Translations under genes and position numbers: made by a program | Shown here: one piece after another, positions 51,369 to 60,536 of the stretch | Numbering within the stretch: position 1 is the first letter of the stretch | Layout: the number at the start of each line of letters is the position of its first letter | Assembly: GCA_963799675.1 (NCBI GenBank) | Contig: CAWCXQ010000019.1 | Coordinates: forward strand, 261,701-325,700 | Direction of reading: 5' to 3' | Source: an uncultured Chloroflexia bacterium | GTDB lineage: Bacteria > Chloroflexota > Limnocylindria > QHBO01 | DNA length: 64,000 nucleotides | Notes under the pieces: model-generated | What the model saw: only the letters and a program-made list of their open reading frames with translations | Database searches by the model: none | What the model was told of the DNA's origin: nothing

Positions 51369-53285
51369 GTGAACTGGACGCCGCGTCTCCGCGCGCTGCG
51401 CCCCGCAAGTCGCGGGGCGACGCTGGTGTTGCTCGCCACCATGAGCGCCTCCATGCTCCTCAGCGTGCGACTTGGGGTGGCGCGGGCCGTAGAGACCGTC
51501 GCTCCACTTGCGCCACTGGCAGCGTCAACGACGACCGAGGATAAGCCGCAGTCGAAGCTGTGGACGTATGCCGGCAGCTGGTGGCTGGTCGCGCCGACGA
51601 CGACGGCGGCCACGCCAGCCGGCACCTGGATCTGGCGACTTGGTACCGACAAGGCGTGGCTTGCGGTGCTGCGGATCTCGACGCGAACGGACACGCACGC
51701 GGACGTGAAAGCCATCGGCAATGTCGCTCACATCCTGTTGTACGGACCCGTGCCCGAGCTCTACTCCGCGCAGTACAACGCGGCGAGCGGCAGCTATGAG
51801 CCATGGAGCACCCGGCCCACGGCCACCGCCATCACGCTGACCGACAGCGAGACGGCCAGTATCGACGTGGACTCCACTGGGCGCATGTGGTTGGCCACCG
51901 AGTCCGGTACGAACCTGAACGTCTTCCACAGCGCGTCCCCGTACACGACCTTCGCTGGCCCGATCACACTCGCCAACAACATCGCCTCGGACGACATTGG
52001 TGTCGTCAGCGCGCTGCCAAACAACACTATCGGTGTCCTCTGGTCGAACCAATCGACCCAGCGCTTTGGCTTCAAGACCCACGTCGATGGCGCGAACGTC
52101 GCAACTTGGACTGCGGACGAGGTGCCCGCCTCCCAATCCGCTCTGAACGTTGGTCTCGGGATGGCCGACGATCACCTGAATCTTGCCGTTGCATCGGACG
52201 GGACGCTGTACGCGGCGGTCAAGACGAGCTACGACACCGCCGGTTACCCGAAGATCGCGCTGCTCGTGCGGCGGCCAACGGGCACCTGGGACAACCTCTA
52301 CGAAGTGGACACAGCCGGGACACGGCCGCTCGTCGTCCTGAACGAACTGACCGGGAGCCTCCGTGTGGTCTACACCTCCTCGGAGGGCTTCAATCCGATC
52401 ATTTACAAGGAATCGGCACTCGCGCCTATCAGCTTCGGCCCCCGGCAGACCTTGCTGGGCGCGGCCTTCAACGATGCGTCGAGTACGAAGCAGAACTGGA
52501 CCGATAGCCTCGCCATCGTGGCGAGCAATGCATCCAACAGTATTGGTGGCGCCATCTTCGAGACACCGCCGCCCGCCGCCGCCCCGGTCTCCTATCCGGC
52601 GGTCATCCGCAACTCGGTCTGGTACCTGCGCGACAGCAACACCAGCGCGCCGGGCACGATCACCAGCTTCGCCTACGGCAACCCGACCGACACCCCGATC
52701 TTCGGCGACTGGAATAACGACGGCGTGGCGACGCCGGGTGTGGTGCGGGTGACCGGCGGCTCGCTGACCTGGTACCTGCGCAACACCAATAGCGCCGGCG
52801 CACCCGACACCATCTTCGCCTGGGGCGCGGCCACCGACAAGCCGCTGGTCGGCGACTGGGACGGCAACGGCACTGACACGCCGGGCCTGCTGCGCGCCAG
52901 CAACCACTGGATCCTGTCCAACTCGGGCGACGGCACGAGCGGGATCGTCGACTTCTTCTGGGGCAGCGGCGCCGCCAACGAGAAGCCGATCGTGGGCGAC
53001 TGGGACGGGAACGGCAGCGACACCCCCGGCTTGGTGCGGGCCGGCAACTGGTGGATCCTCAAAACCAGCAACGACGCGAGCAGCACCGTCACCGACTTCT
53101 TCTGGGGCACCACCAGCGAGACCGCCTGGGTGGTGGGCGACTGGAACGGCGACGGCAGCGACAACCCCGGCATCCTGCGTGGCAACTGGTGGCTGCTGCG
53201 CGACTCCAACACCGGCGGCGGGGCCACCGACCGCGACTTCTTCTTCGGCCTCAACAGCGACACCTTCCGCGTGTGGGCGCAGTGA
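51369..53285 (+). CDS. Secreted surface protein E: signal peptide, ~400-aa domain of unknown type (beta-propeller-like impression), shared C-terminal module
   Basis: Uninterrupted 638-aa ORF starting at GTG 51369. Signal 'ATLVLLATMSASMLLSVRLGVARA'. N-domain segments 'GRMWLATESGTNLNVFHS', 'IGVLWSNQSTQRFGFK', 'DGTLYAAVKTSYD', 'LRVVYTSSEG'. Confidence 0.85.
   Translation: MNWTPRLRALRPASRGATLVLLATMSASMLLSVRLGVARAVETVAPLAPLAASTTTEDKPQSKLWTYAGSWWLVAPTTTAATPAGTWIWRLGTDKAWLAVLRISTRTDTHADVKAIGNVAHILLYGPVPELYSAQYNAASGSYEPWSTRPTATAITLTDSETASIDVDSTGRMWLATESGTNLNVFHSASPYTTFAGPITLANNIASDDIGVVSALPNNTIGVLWSNQSTQRFGFKTHVDGANVATWTADEVPASQSALNVGLGMADDHLNLAVASDGTLYAAVKTSYDTAGYPKIALLVRRPTGTWDNLYEVDTAGTRPLVVLNELTGSLRVVYTSSEGFNPIIYKESALAPISFGPRQTLLGAAFNDASSTKQNWTDSLAIVASNASNSIGGAIFETPPPAAAPVSYPAVIRNSVWYLRDSNTSAPGTITSFAYGNPTDTPIFGDWNNDGVATPGVVRVTGGSLTWYLRNTNSAGAPDTIFAWGAATDKPLVGDWDGNGTDTPGLLRASNHWILSNSGDGTSGIVDFFWGSGAANEKPIVGDWDGNGSDTPGLVRAGNWWILKTSNDASSTVTDFFWGTTSETAWVVGDWNGDGSDNPGILRGNWWLLRDSNTGGGATDRDFFFGLNSDTFRVWAQ
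52575..53285 (+). repeat. Shared C-terminal cassette, copy 5 (ends ...RVWAQ*)
   Basis: Identical to copy 2 from 'gccgccgccccggtctcc' to the stop. Its 3' flank matches the flank of copy 1. Confidence 0.9.
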
Positions 53286-53371
53286 GCGTGCAGGTCGATC
53301 TCGGGACTCGCGGACGAGGCAACCTTGTGATTCAGGGCGAGCCACGCAGCAGTTCCGGGTGGTCTTTCTGG

Positions 53372-54010
53372 GTGAGACCGAAGCAGCGAGCCTGGCCATG
53401 GACGTATCGCCGGACCAAGCGAGGCGCTGATATCGCCTTGAGCGTGATTGCGATCGTGCTTCTCATGCCGCTCTTCATCGTCATCGCGCTTGCCGTCTGG
53501 CTTGACTCTGGCCTTCCGATTATCTATGGCTGCCAGCGTCTCGGCCTGGGTGGTCAGCCGATTAGGGTGCTGAAGTTCCGCACCATGACCAATGGCAGCC
53601 ATCACCAGCTTGCCGCGCTGCTAACCGCGAACGAGGAGCAACGCATTGAATATGCGGCGCGGCGCAAGCTACGCCGAGACCCGCGTCGCACGCGAGTCGG
53701 CCGCTTACTTCGTCGTGCATCTGTCGACGAGCTACCGCAGCTTCTGAACGTCTTGGCTGGAGACATGAGTCTCGTGGGGCCGCGGCCGTATCTTGTCGAG
53801 GAGCTCCAGCACCGGCCCGAGGCCAGCGAGCTACTTTCGGTTCGTCCAGGGATGTCCGGGCTCTGGCAGGTGAACGGTCGATCCGAGCGAACGTTCGAAG
53901 AGCGCATCGCACTAGATCTTCACTATGTGCGCTATCAAGGCTTCATTCTCGACGCTGCGATTGCCGGGCGGACGATGGGCGCCGTGCTCAGCGGCCGTGG
54001 AGCGTACTGA
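53372..54010 (+). CDS. Polyprenyl-phosphate sugar transferase (bacterial sugar transferase family, WbaP/WcaJ C-terminal type)
   Basis: '[29 protein letters not shown]', '[10 protein letters not shown]', 'KFRTM', '[32 protein letters not shown]', '[15 protein letters not shown]'. The start is uncertain (GTG at 53281, 53287, 53326 or 53372, all in frame). Confidence 0.8.
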   Translation: MRPKQRAWPWTYRRTKRGADIALSVIAIVLLMPLFIVIALAVWLDSGLPIIYGCQRLGLGGQPIRVLKFRTMTNGSHHQLAALLTANEEQRIEYAARRKLRRDPRRTRVGRLLRRASVDELPQLLNVLAGDMSLVGPRPYLVEELQHRPEASELLSVRPGMSGLWQVNGRSERTFEERIALDLHYVRYQGFILDAAIAGRTMGAVLSGRGAY

Positions 54011-54215
54011 GCGGCAATCTGCCGGCCACCGGCCGGCGACCCGCGACTCCGATCGGCCGCACCCTCCCTCGAGGCTGCGAGCCCCGAGTTGTCTGAGGGC
54101 CGGGTTACTTCTTCTTCTCTTTCTCTCTCTCGTGACGGACCGGTCACTCGCGCCTAGCGCTGTTGAACTGTCCGCAGCACTAATCGTCAACGGCTAGAGT
54201 ACGTCGACTCATCAA

Positions 54216-55730
54216 GTGCCCAGGAGGTGGACGGCAGCGCACGTGTCGACCACCAAGCAGCCACATAGAGTCGAATCGCGCCCGTTGTCGGTCCTGGCCG
54301 CTTGGAACGCCGGCAGTTGGTTGGCGTTGGCCCTCTACAACTTTGCTCTCACGGCGGCGGTCTACCGAGCGGTCGGTGCCGGTGAATACGGGGTTTGGGC
54401 GACGATCGTCGCCATACGCACCATCCTTCTGCTCGTCGACGGCGGCCTCACCCTTGGAGTTGTTCGCGATGCCGCACGCTCGAGCCGCAGCCGTCTGGCG
54501 GCCGACCGCGTCTTCGCGGCGCGCCGCCTCTTCCTGCTGCTTGGGGTCTGTGTGGCTGCAGTGGGCATCACTGGTGCCGGAGTACCGGCGTGGTTCCTGG
54601 AACTGAATGGATCGGCCGCCGCGTCCGCGACATTGGCGACTGCTTTGCTTGGACTCGAGGCTGCCGTCACATTGTGGGGCAGCCCCTATGCTGGCGAGTT
54701 ACGCGGCCATCAGCGCTACGACCTTGTAGTGCTCGGGTCGTCCACACTGTTGCTCGTGGGACTTCCCATGGCAATCATTGCCGCGCCCGCGTATGGCATC
54801 GTCGGGGTGGGAGTGGCGGCGCTGATTGGGCGGGTCTCCGCGTCCATCGTCGTGCGCCATGCAGCGCTACGAGGAGAACCCGCCCGGTCGCCCGCCGGGC
54901 AACCCTCAGGGCCGCTCGCACATGTATTCCGGTTCGCGGCGCCGATGTGGATTGTCGCCGCGGCGGGACAGCTCAGTTATGGCACAGATGTGCCCCTGGT
55001 GGGTGCGCTCTTTGGCGCACCGCAGGCAGGTGCCTACTCGTTAGGTGCGGTCCTGCCAGCCGCCGCTGTCGGCCTGCTCTACGTCCTTCTGGACGCGGGG
55101 TTTCCGCGCCTGGCGGCGGCGGGTGCCGGGCGCCAGGCGCTCGGGACGCGTCTCGCGTTCGTTGGATGTATGCTCGCCGCGCTCGGCTTCCTAACCCTGA
55201 TCGCCCATGCGAGCGCCCTACTCGTCTTCTGGGTCGGCGATGCGCCGCAGCTCGCGTTGACGGTCATGGCGATCTATGCGCTGGCGTGGTCACTCAACGT
55301 ACCAACTCACGTCCTGATCCTGATGGCACTGGCTCGTGGACAGCATGGGGTTCTCGCCCGAATCGCCATTGGAGAGGCGACGGCGAGCCTGATCATCGGT
55401 GTCGCGCTCGCGCTCCTCGTTGGCCCGGTCGGCCTCGCCATCGGAACGCTGGTGGCGTTGGCTGTATCCAATCTGGTTGTGACGCCTGCAGTCGTCCTGC
55501 CTCGCCTCGGCCTGGGCGGGAGGCGGCTGGCGAGGGCGGCCGGCACCGGATACTTGGCGGGAGCCGCCGCCGCCCTTCCCGCGGCGATCGTAACGAGGGC
55601 GGTTGAGATGTCGCCGACCGCAGAAGTCATCGCCGCAGCCGTTGGGCTGTTCGTGACGATTGCCCTCGGCCTATACGTCTCGCCGCTGTGGATGCGTGAC
55701 GCCCTGGCGCTACCCGTGCAGCAGGACTAG
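54216..55730 (+). CDS. Polysaccharide/oligosaccharide flippase (Wzx-like, MOP superfamily)
   Basis: Intact 504-aa ORF with about 12-14 hydrophobic helices. N-terminal 'FALTAAVYRAVGAGEYGVWATIVAI' is typical of polysaccharide biosynthesis (Polysacc_synt) proteins. Confidence 0.7.
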   Translation: MPRRWTAAHVSTTKQPHRVESRPLSVLAAWNAGSWLALALYNFALTAAVYRAVGAGEYGVWATIVAIRTILLLVDGGLTLGVVRDAARSSRSRLAADRVFAARRLFLLLGVCVAAVGITGAGVPAWFLELNGSAAASATLATALLGLEAAVTLWGSPYAGELRGHQRYDLVVLGSSTLLLVGLPMAIIAAPAYGIVGVGVAALIGRVSASIVVRHAALRGEPARSPAGQPSGPLAHVFRFAAPMWIVAAAGQLSYGTDVPLVGALFGAPQAGAYSLGAVLPAAAVGLLYVLLDAGFPRLAAAGAGRQALGTRLAFVGCMLAALGFLTLIAHASALLVFWVGDAPQLALTVMAIYALAWSLNVPTHVLILMALARGQHGVLARIAIGEATASLIIGVALALLVGPVGLAIGTLVALAVSNLVVTPAVVLPRLGLGGRRLARAAGTGYLAGAAAALPAAIVTRAVEMSPTAEVIAAAVGLFVTIALGLYVSPLWMRDALALPVQQD

Positions 55731-56253
55731 CTACGTCGTAGCACCACAACGGTGATCCGCCCGCGAGGCTTGAGGCAGTCGCCAAAAACTCGTGATCTGT
55801 ATGAGGTTGATGGTTCATTGTCACCTGAACGCGGTCTCCCGCCGACTGGGCCGAGGCGGACGACCTCATCGGGGTGGAGGCCGCCTTGGTGGAGCCGGCC
55901 TGCCTGATCCTCCAACATCAGCGGGCGCTGCTACCGCAACGTGCGGTCCGCGCGCCGCGAGGGTTTCGGGGCGCAGGATGTGCGGGTCGAACTCTCCAGA
56001 CCGACGACGCAGCGCCTACCGCTGCCGGACATCTCCCGGGTCGTGCGATGGCGGGCATGCTCGCAGCCGGCCCTATCGCGCACAGACGACTCGAGGTCTT
56101 GGCCAGCCCGCGGAGCCGCGACGGCTTGCGTGGATCGATGCCGTTACAATGACCGTCGCCCTCAAGTGCCCTCCAGGGAAGGACGCCGCCGACCCTCAGC
56201 CGGCGCTGAGCGCGTTGTAATGTCACCAATCTCGTGGGAGACATAACGAGCGG

Positions 56254-58053
56254 ATGCGGCTGTTCCAGCTCCTGAGCCAATGGAGGCTGATCCTCGCGGC
56301 CGACTGCGCGCTGCTGATCGTCGTCCTTGGGTGGCAACGCGTCATGCACCAGCCGCAGATCTTGCAGCTCGGAGCGGGAGTTCTGCTTCTTGGGGCATTC
56401 GGCTGGCTGGCCGTTGCGTGGTTCCGCGCAGCGGTAGCGATCGCGCTTCTCGAGCTGACGGTGGGCGGAGCCAGCGGGCATTGGGCGGTCTTTCCAGGCG
56501 GCCTAACTGGGAGGATGTTGGTCGACGGGATTGTCGTCGGCGGCGCCATTGGCGCGCTTGTCGGCGCACACCGACGCACGGGGCAGTGGCACCTGGGTCG
56601 CTACGGCCTACACGCCATTTTGATAGCCCTGGTGCTCCCAAGCGTCTGGATGACGCTCGGGCTGCTGAACGGAAATCGTCCGGCCAACGTGATTGGCGAT
56701 GGGAATGGACAGTTCGCCTTCCTCTTGACCCTGCCCCTTCTGGTGATGATCCGCGACGGCCAGGCGGACTGGATACGCCGCTGGCTCCTGATCGCATGTG
56801 CCGTCAACGCCATCGTCACCGCAGTGTTGATTGCCGTCAGCGTCCCGGGGTTCGTTAGCGCGTGGCCCACCCTCAATCGCGTCCTGCTCGAGGAACTCGG
56901 CATGGGTGGCGCGGTTGGCTACATGGCAAATGGCGCGTATCGGCTATACCTCGGAAGCGGGCTCTATCTGCAAGTCGGGCTGGCCCTAGTGACCTGGCAC
57001 CTCATGGAGCGCCGTTCGTCGACCGTCTGGCTCTGGCTGCTTTATGCGCTCATCTGGGCTGACATCATTGCCACTTACACGCGAGGCTTCTGGCTTGGCG
57101 CTACCTTTGCTGTAGTGGCTGTGGTTGCGCTGGCCGCGACCAACCTCCGCCGACCCGCCCAACTCCTGGGTGCGAGCGGAGGCCTGTTTGTTATCGGCTC
57201 CGCCGTTGGGGCGGCGGTCGGGTTCTCCTTGCCGGGCTATGTCTTTGGGCGCTTGAGTGGCTCTTTGAACCTGCCGAACTTTGGCCCCGGCGGCCCGCCA
57301 ATTGACATCCCTCCGCCAACTGCGCCCCTGCCACAGCCGTTCAACCTCGCGCTCAGTCCCGAGGCGGCCATCGTCGTCGCGTGGCTGGTGGTCGCGATCG
57401 TCGTCGCTCGCGCCCTGTTGCATGAGGCGGGCAGCGGCGGTGGACGGCGGATCGCAACCTGGATTGGCTCCAGTGCTCTCGCTCTCGCGATGATCGTGCT
57501 CCCGGTCGCGCTCCCGAACCGGGCGGCGGCAAGTGACCCAACCGTCACGCCAGCACCGACGGCTGACGGAACCCAGCCGAAGGACGACGTCGCCGACCAG
57601 ATCCGCGCCGTCCAGTTGCGGGTCCTGCTCCGCCAATTTATTGCGAAGCCGATCGTCGGCCACGGGTTCGGCGCCGTGGCACCGGACTACCCGTACAGCG
57701 ATTCGTACTCATACGAGCTGGGCTTCCTCGATATCGGGTACAAGACGGGCGCTGTTGGCCTCCTGCTGTTCCTGTCCTATCCGCTCCGATTAGTGTTCGA
57801 CGCAGTACGCGTTCGGTACTTTTCGAAACCGCCTCCCCGGGGTCTCGCACTACGCGGCACCGCCCCGGTGATCGCCGTGACGCTCGCAACGTTGCTCACG
57901 GGAGCCACGGATCCCTATGTCCTGGCCGCATTTGGACTCATGCCGATCCTGATCGGTATCGCCTGGCTGGAGCCCGAGCGGACTCCGGTTCTGGCGGTCG
58001 CCTCGCACCGACACCCGAATGATCCCGGAGCCGGCGAACGTCGTCCGTGCTGA
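56254..58053 (+). CDS. O-antigen ligase/polymerase-like membrane protein (Wzy_C domain)
   Basis: Intact 599-aa polytopic ORF. 'IIATYTRGFWLGATFAVVAVVAL' (Wzy_C core) and 'PIVGHGFGAV' after a large Pro-rich loop. Confidence 0.7.
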   Translation: MRLFQLLSQWRLILAADCALLIVVLGWQRVMHQPQILQLGAGVLLLGAFGWLAVAWFRAAVAIALLELTVGGASGHWAVFPGGLTGRMLVDGIVVGGAIGALVGAHRRTGQWHLGRYGLHAILIALVLPSVWMTLGLLNGNRPANVIGDGNGQFAFLLTLPLLVMIRDGQADWIRRWLLIACAVNAIVTAVLIAVSVPGFVSAWPTLNRVLLEELGMGGAVGYMANGAYRLYLGSGLYLQVGLALVTWHLMERRSSTVWLWLLYALIWADIIATYTRGFWLGATFAVVAVVALAATNLRRPAQLLGASGGLFVIGSAVGAAVGFSLPGYVFGRLSGSLNLPNFGPGGPPIDIPPPTAPLPQPFNLALSPEAAIVVAWLVVAIVVARALLHEAGSGGGRRIATWIGSSALALAMIVLPVALPNRAAASDPTVTPAPTADGTQPKDDVADQIRAVQLRVLLRQFIAKPIVGHGFGAVAPDYPYSDSYSYELGFLDIGYKTGAVGLLLFLSYPLRLVFDAVRVRYFSKPPPRGLALRGTAPVIAVTLATLLTGATDPYVLAAFGLMPILIGIAWLEPERTPVLAVASHRHPNDPGAGERRPC

Positions 58054-59051
58054 TCACCATATCTCTCGTCACATTCAACGGCATGCGCTGGCTGCCCGCC
58101 TGCCTCGAGGCCATTGCGGCTCAGACACATCGCGATGTTGAGGTGATTGTCCTTGACAATGCCTCGTCAGACGGATCGGTGACCATGCTCAGATCCCAAG
58201 CCGATGCCGGCCGGATCAAGCTTATCGAGTCAGACCGGAATCTGGGGTACGCCGCGGGACACAATCTCGTCATTCTGCAGTCCGCTGGCGAGCTAGTGTG
58301 TTTGCTGAATCAGGACGTCATCCTGGACCCGCGATTCCTCGCCGAGGCAGCCGTGGCATTCGAGACTTCGCCTCGCACCGGGGGGGTGCAAGGCCTCGTC
58401 TACCGCCTGGGCCCTGACGTGCGGCCCATGGCGATCGTCGACACGACGGGACTGCAGATCTTCCGCAACAGGCGGGTTGTGAGCCGCAGCCAGGGGACGC
58501 TCGACGGCGGCCCGAGGGAGGCCGGGCCAGTCTTTGGCGCCGACGGGCCGTGCCCGGTCTATCTGCGTACCGCCCTCGAGGATGCCGCCATCGCGGGTCT
58601 GCGCCAGGAAACCGAATACCTCGACGCGGACTTCTTCGCATACAAGGAGGACGTCGACCTTGCGTGGCGGCTTCAGCTGGCTGGTTGGCAAACGACCTAT
58701 CTTCCGAGCGCGGTCGCGTGGCACGCCCGGTCCGCAGCAGAACCGGCGCGCGCTACCTTGCGGGGCTGGATCGCCCACCGACGTGCGACCCCGGGCTGGA
58801 TTCGGCGCATTTCGTGGCGAAATCATCGCCTCATGCAGGTCAAGAACGAGGTCCCCTCGCTCTACCTTCGCGACATCGGCCCGATCGCGATCCGCGAACT
58901 TGCGTCGATGCTCATGCTGGCGCTGGTGGACGTTCGTGACCTCGTGGCGGTGGTCGACATGATCCGCCTCCTGCCGACTGCGCTTCGCAAACGCCGGATG
59001 CGGGCCAAGCACCCGGCCGATCGCGCCCGGCTGGCGCGTTGGCTGACGTGA
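58047..59051 (+). CDS. Family 2 glycosyltransferase
   Basis: Intact 334-aa ORF whose GTG start overlaps the upstream stop by 7 nt. 'ISLVTFNGMRWLPACLEAIAAQTHRDVEVIVLDNASSDGS', 'NLGYAAGHN', 'LLNQDV', 'EDVDLAWR'. Confidence 0.85.
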   Translation: MLITISLVTFNGMRWLPACLEAIAAQTHRDVEVIVLDNASSDGSVTMLRSQADAGRIKLIESDRNLGYAAGHNLVILQSAGELVCLLNQDVILDPRFLAEAAVAFETSPRTGGVQGLVYRLGPDVRPMAIVDTTGLQIFRNRRVVSRSQGTLDGGPREAGPVFGADGPCPVYLRTALEDAAIAGLRQETEYLDADFFAYKEDVDLAWRLQLAGWQTTYLPSAVAWHARSAAEPARATLRGWIAHRRATPGWIRRISWRNHRLMQVKNEVPSLYLRDIGPIAIRELASMLMLALVDVRDLVAVVDMIRLLPTALRKRRMRAKHPADRARLARWLT

Positions 59052-59443
59052 TAAGCACAGCGAACGCGACCCGCACTCGTAGGGACTATGCTTTACCACT
59101 CTTGACGGGCTCCTCTGTGATCGCTGGCGCAAGCCCGAGATCCAGCCAGACGTTCTCAAGAGCGACTCAGGAAAGTCGCGCCGCTCACTGGTCGACCTTG
59201 CCTGCCCAGATCGAGCGGTGCTCGAATCGCCACGAAGCGCTACCGCGGCGACAGGGGCCAGCTTGGAGCCACATCCCCGTCCCAACCTTACAAGGCAATC
59301 CGTACTCTCACCGAGCGCAAAGGGGCTGCCTCCTAGACACAAATCGGAGGCGCGGCTAAGGTCCGCCTCTCGACCGCCACCTGGACGGCGACGTGGACAG
59401 CACCAGCCAATGAACTCAAAAGCCGGGCGCGCGGAGTGGAAAA

Positions 59444-60454
59444 TTGGTAACTGGAGTCGCTCCCGACAGCGGGAATTCGGGACCCAGAGATCCGGCTCGA
59501 TCGGGAGCGGCGCCGGACGTGAGCGTCGTTGTGGTCCACTATCAGACACCGCAGCTTCTCGAACGTTGTCTTCGCTCACTCTGGGCCTCCGACGGTGTGA
59601 CACTTGAGGTCTTCGTCGTCGACAATGCCTCTCAGGAGTTCAGCGCAACCGAGTGCCGCAACGCATACCCCGGCGCAACGGTCATCGAAAACCGTACTAA
59701 CGTCGGTTTCGCCGCCGCGTCGAATCAGGCGCTTAGACTAGCGCGAGGGCGTCACAATCTTTTGCTGAATCCAGACGCTTGGGTTGAGCCGCGATCTCTG
59801 CGACTCATGGCTGAGTATCTGGACGAGCATCCCGATGTCGGATCGGTTACGTGCCGGGTTCAACTCGAAAACGGTCGCCTTGACGTAGCTTGCCGCCGGC
59901 TATTTCCGACGCCGGCGAGGTCGCTCTACCGCCTCACATTTTTATCGAGGATCTTTCCGCGGAGCGAACGGTTCGCGCAGTACAACCTCACCTATCTCGA
60001 CGAATGGCAACCAACCGAGATCGACCAACCTTGCGGCGCATTCATGATGGTTCGGTCCGAAGTTGTTGCGCAGATTGGCCTCCTTGATGAGCGGTACTTC
60101 CTCTATTTCGAGGACACCGACTGGGCGTACCGAATCAAACAAGCGGGGTGGAGAATCATGTATGTGCCGACGACTTCGATCGTGCACGTGAAACGGGCGA
60201 GCAGTCGTCAGGACCGCCGCGCCGCGATTCACCACTTCTATCACTCGATGCGAATTTTTTATAGCGAGTACTACCAGCCGATCTATCCTTGGCCTTTCAA
60301 CCTGACCATCTTTGCGATGATCGCCGTCAGGAAGCGCATCGAACTAGGGGCTAACCTGGTCGGGGATTACTCGAAGCAAATGCGACGAGTCGCTGGTCGA
60401 TTAGCCAATGCGCGCTCCAACCTGCCGACGGACCGTGATGCTTCTTCTTCCTGA
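59444..60454 (+). CDS. Family 2 glycosyltransferase
   Basis: Intact 336-aa ORF (alternative start GTG 59519). 'VSVVVVHYQTPQLLERCLRSL', 'VVDNASQ', 'NVGFAAASN', 'LLLNPDA', 'FEDTDWAYR'. Confidence 0.85.
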   Translation: MVTGVAPDSGNSGPRDPARSGAAPDVSVVVVHYQTPQLLERCLRSLWASDGVTLEVFVVDNASQEFSATECRNAYPGATVIENRTNVGFAAASNQALRLARGRHNLLLNPDAWVEPRSLRLMAEYLDEHPDVGSVTCRVQLENGRLDVACRRLFPTPARSLYRLTFLSRIFPRSERFAQYNLTYLDEWQPTEIDQPCGAFMMVRSEVVAQIGLLDERYFLYFEDTDWAYRIKQAGWRIMYVPTTSIVHVKRASSRQDRRAAIHHFYHSMRIFYSEYYQPIYPWPFNLTIFAMIAVRKRIELGANLVGDYSKQMRRVAGRLANARSNLPTDRDASSS

Positions 60455-60536
60455 TCGTTGACGCCGTGCAACACCTCTGATCTACGAGTACTTGCTCCTC
60501 CCTGACTTTATGCCTATGATGCGTTCCTGGTCGGCA

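Noticed and set aside
55792-56246. ORFs of 92-142 aa in the gap between the flippase and the Wzy_C gene.
   Set aside because: They are Arg/Gly/Pro-rich translations typical of random frames in GC-rich DNA, with overlapping alternatives in all frames, no RBS and no motif.
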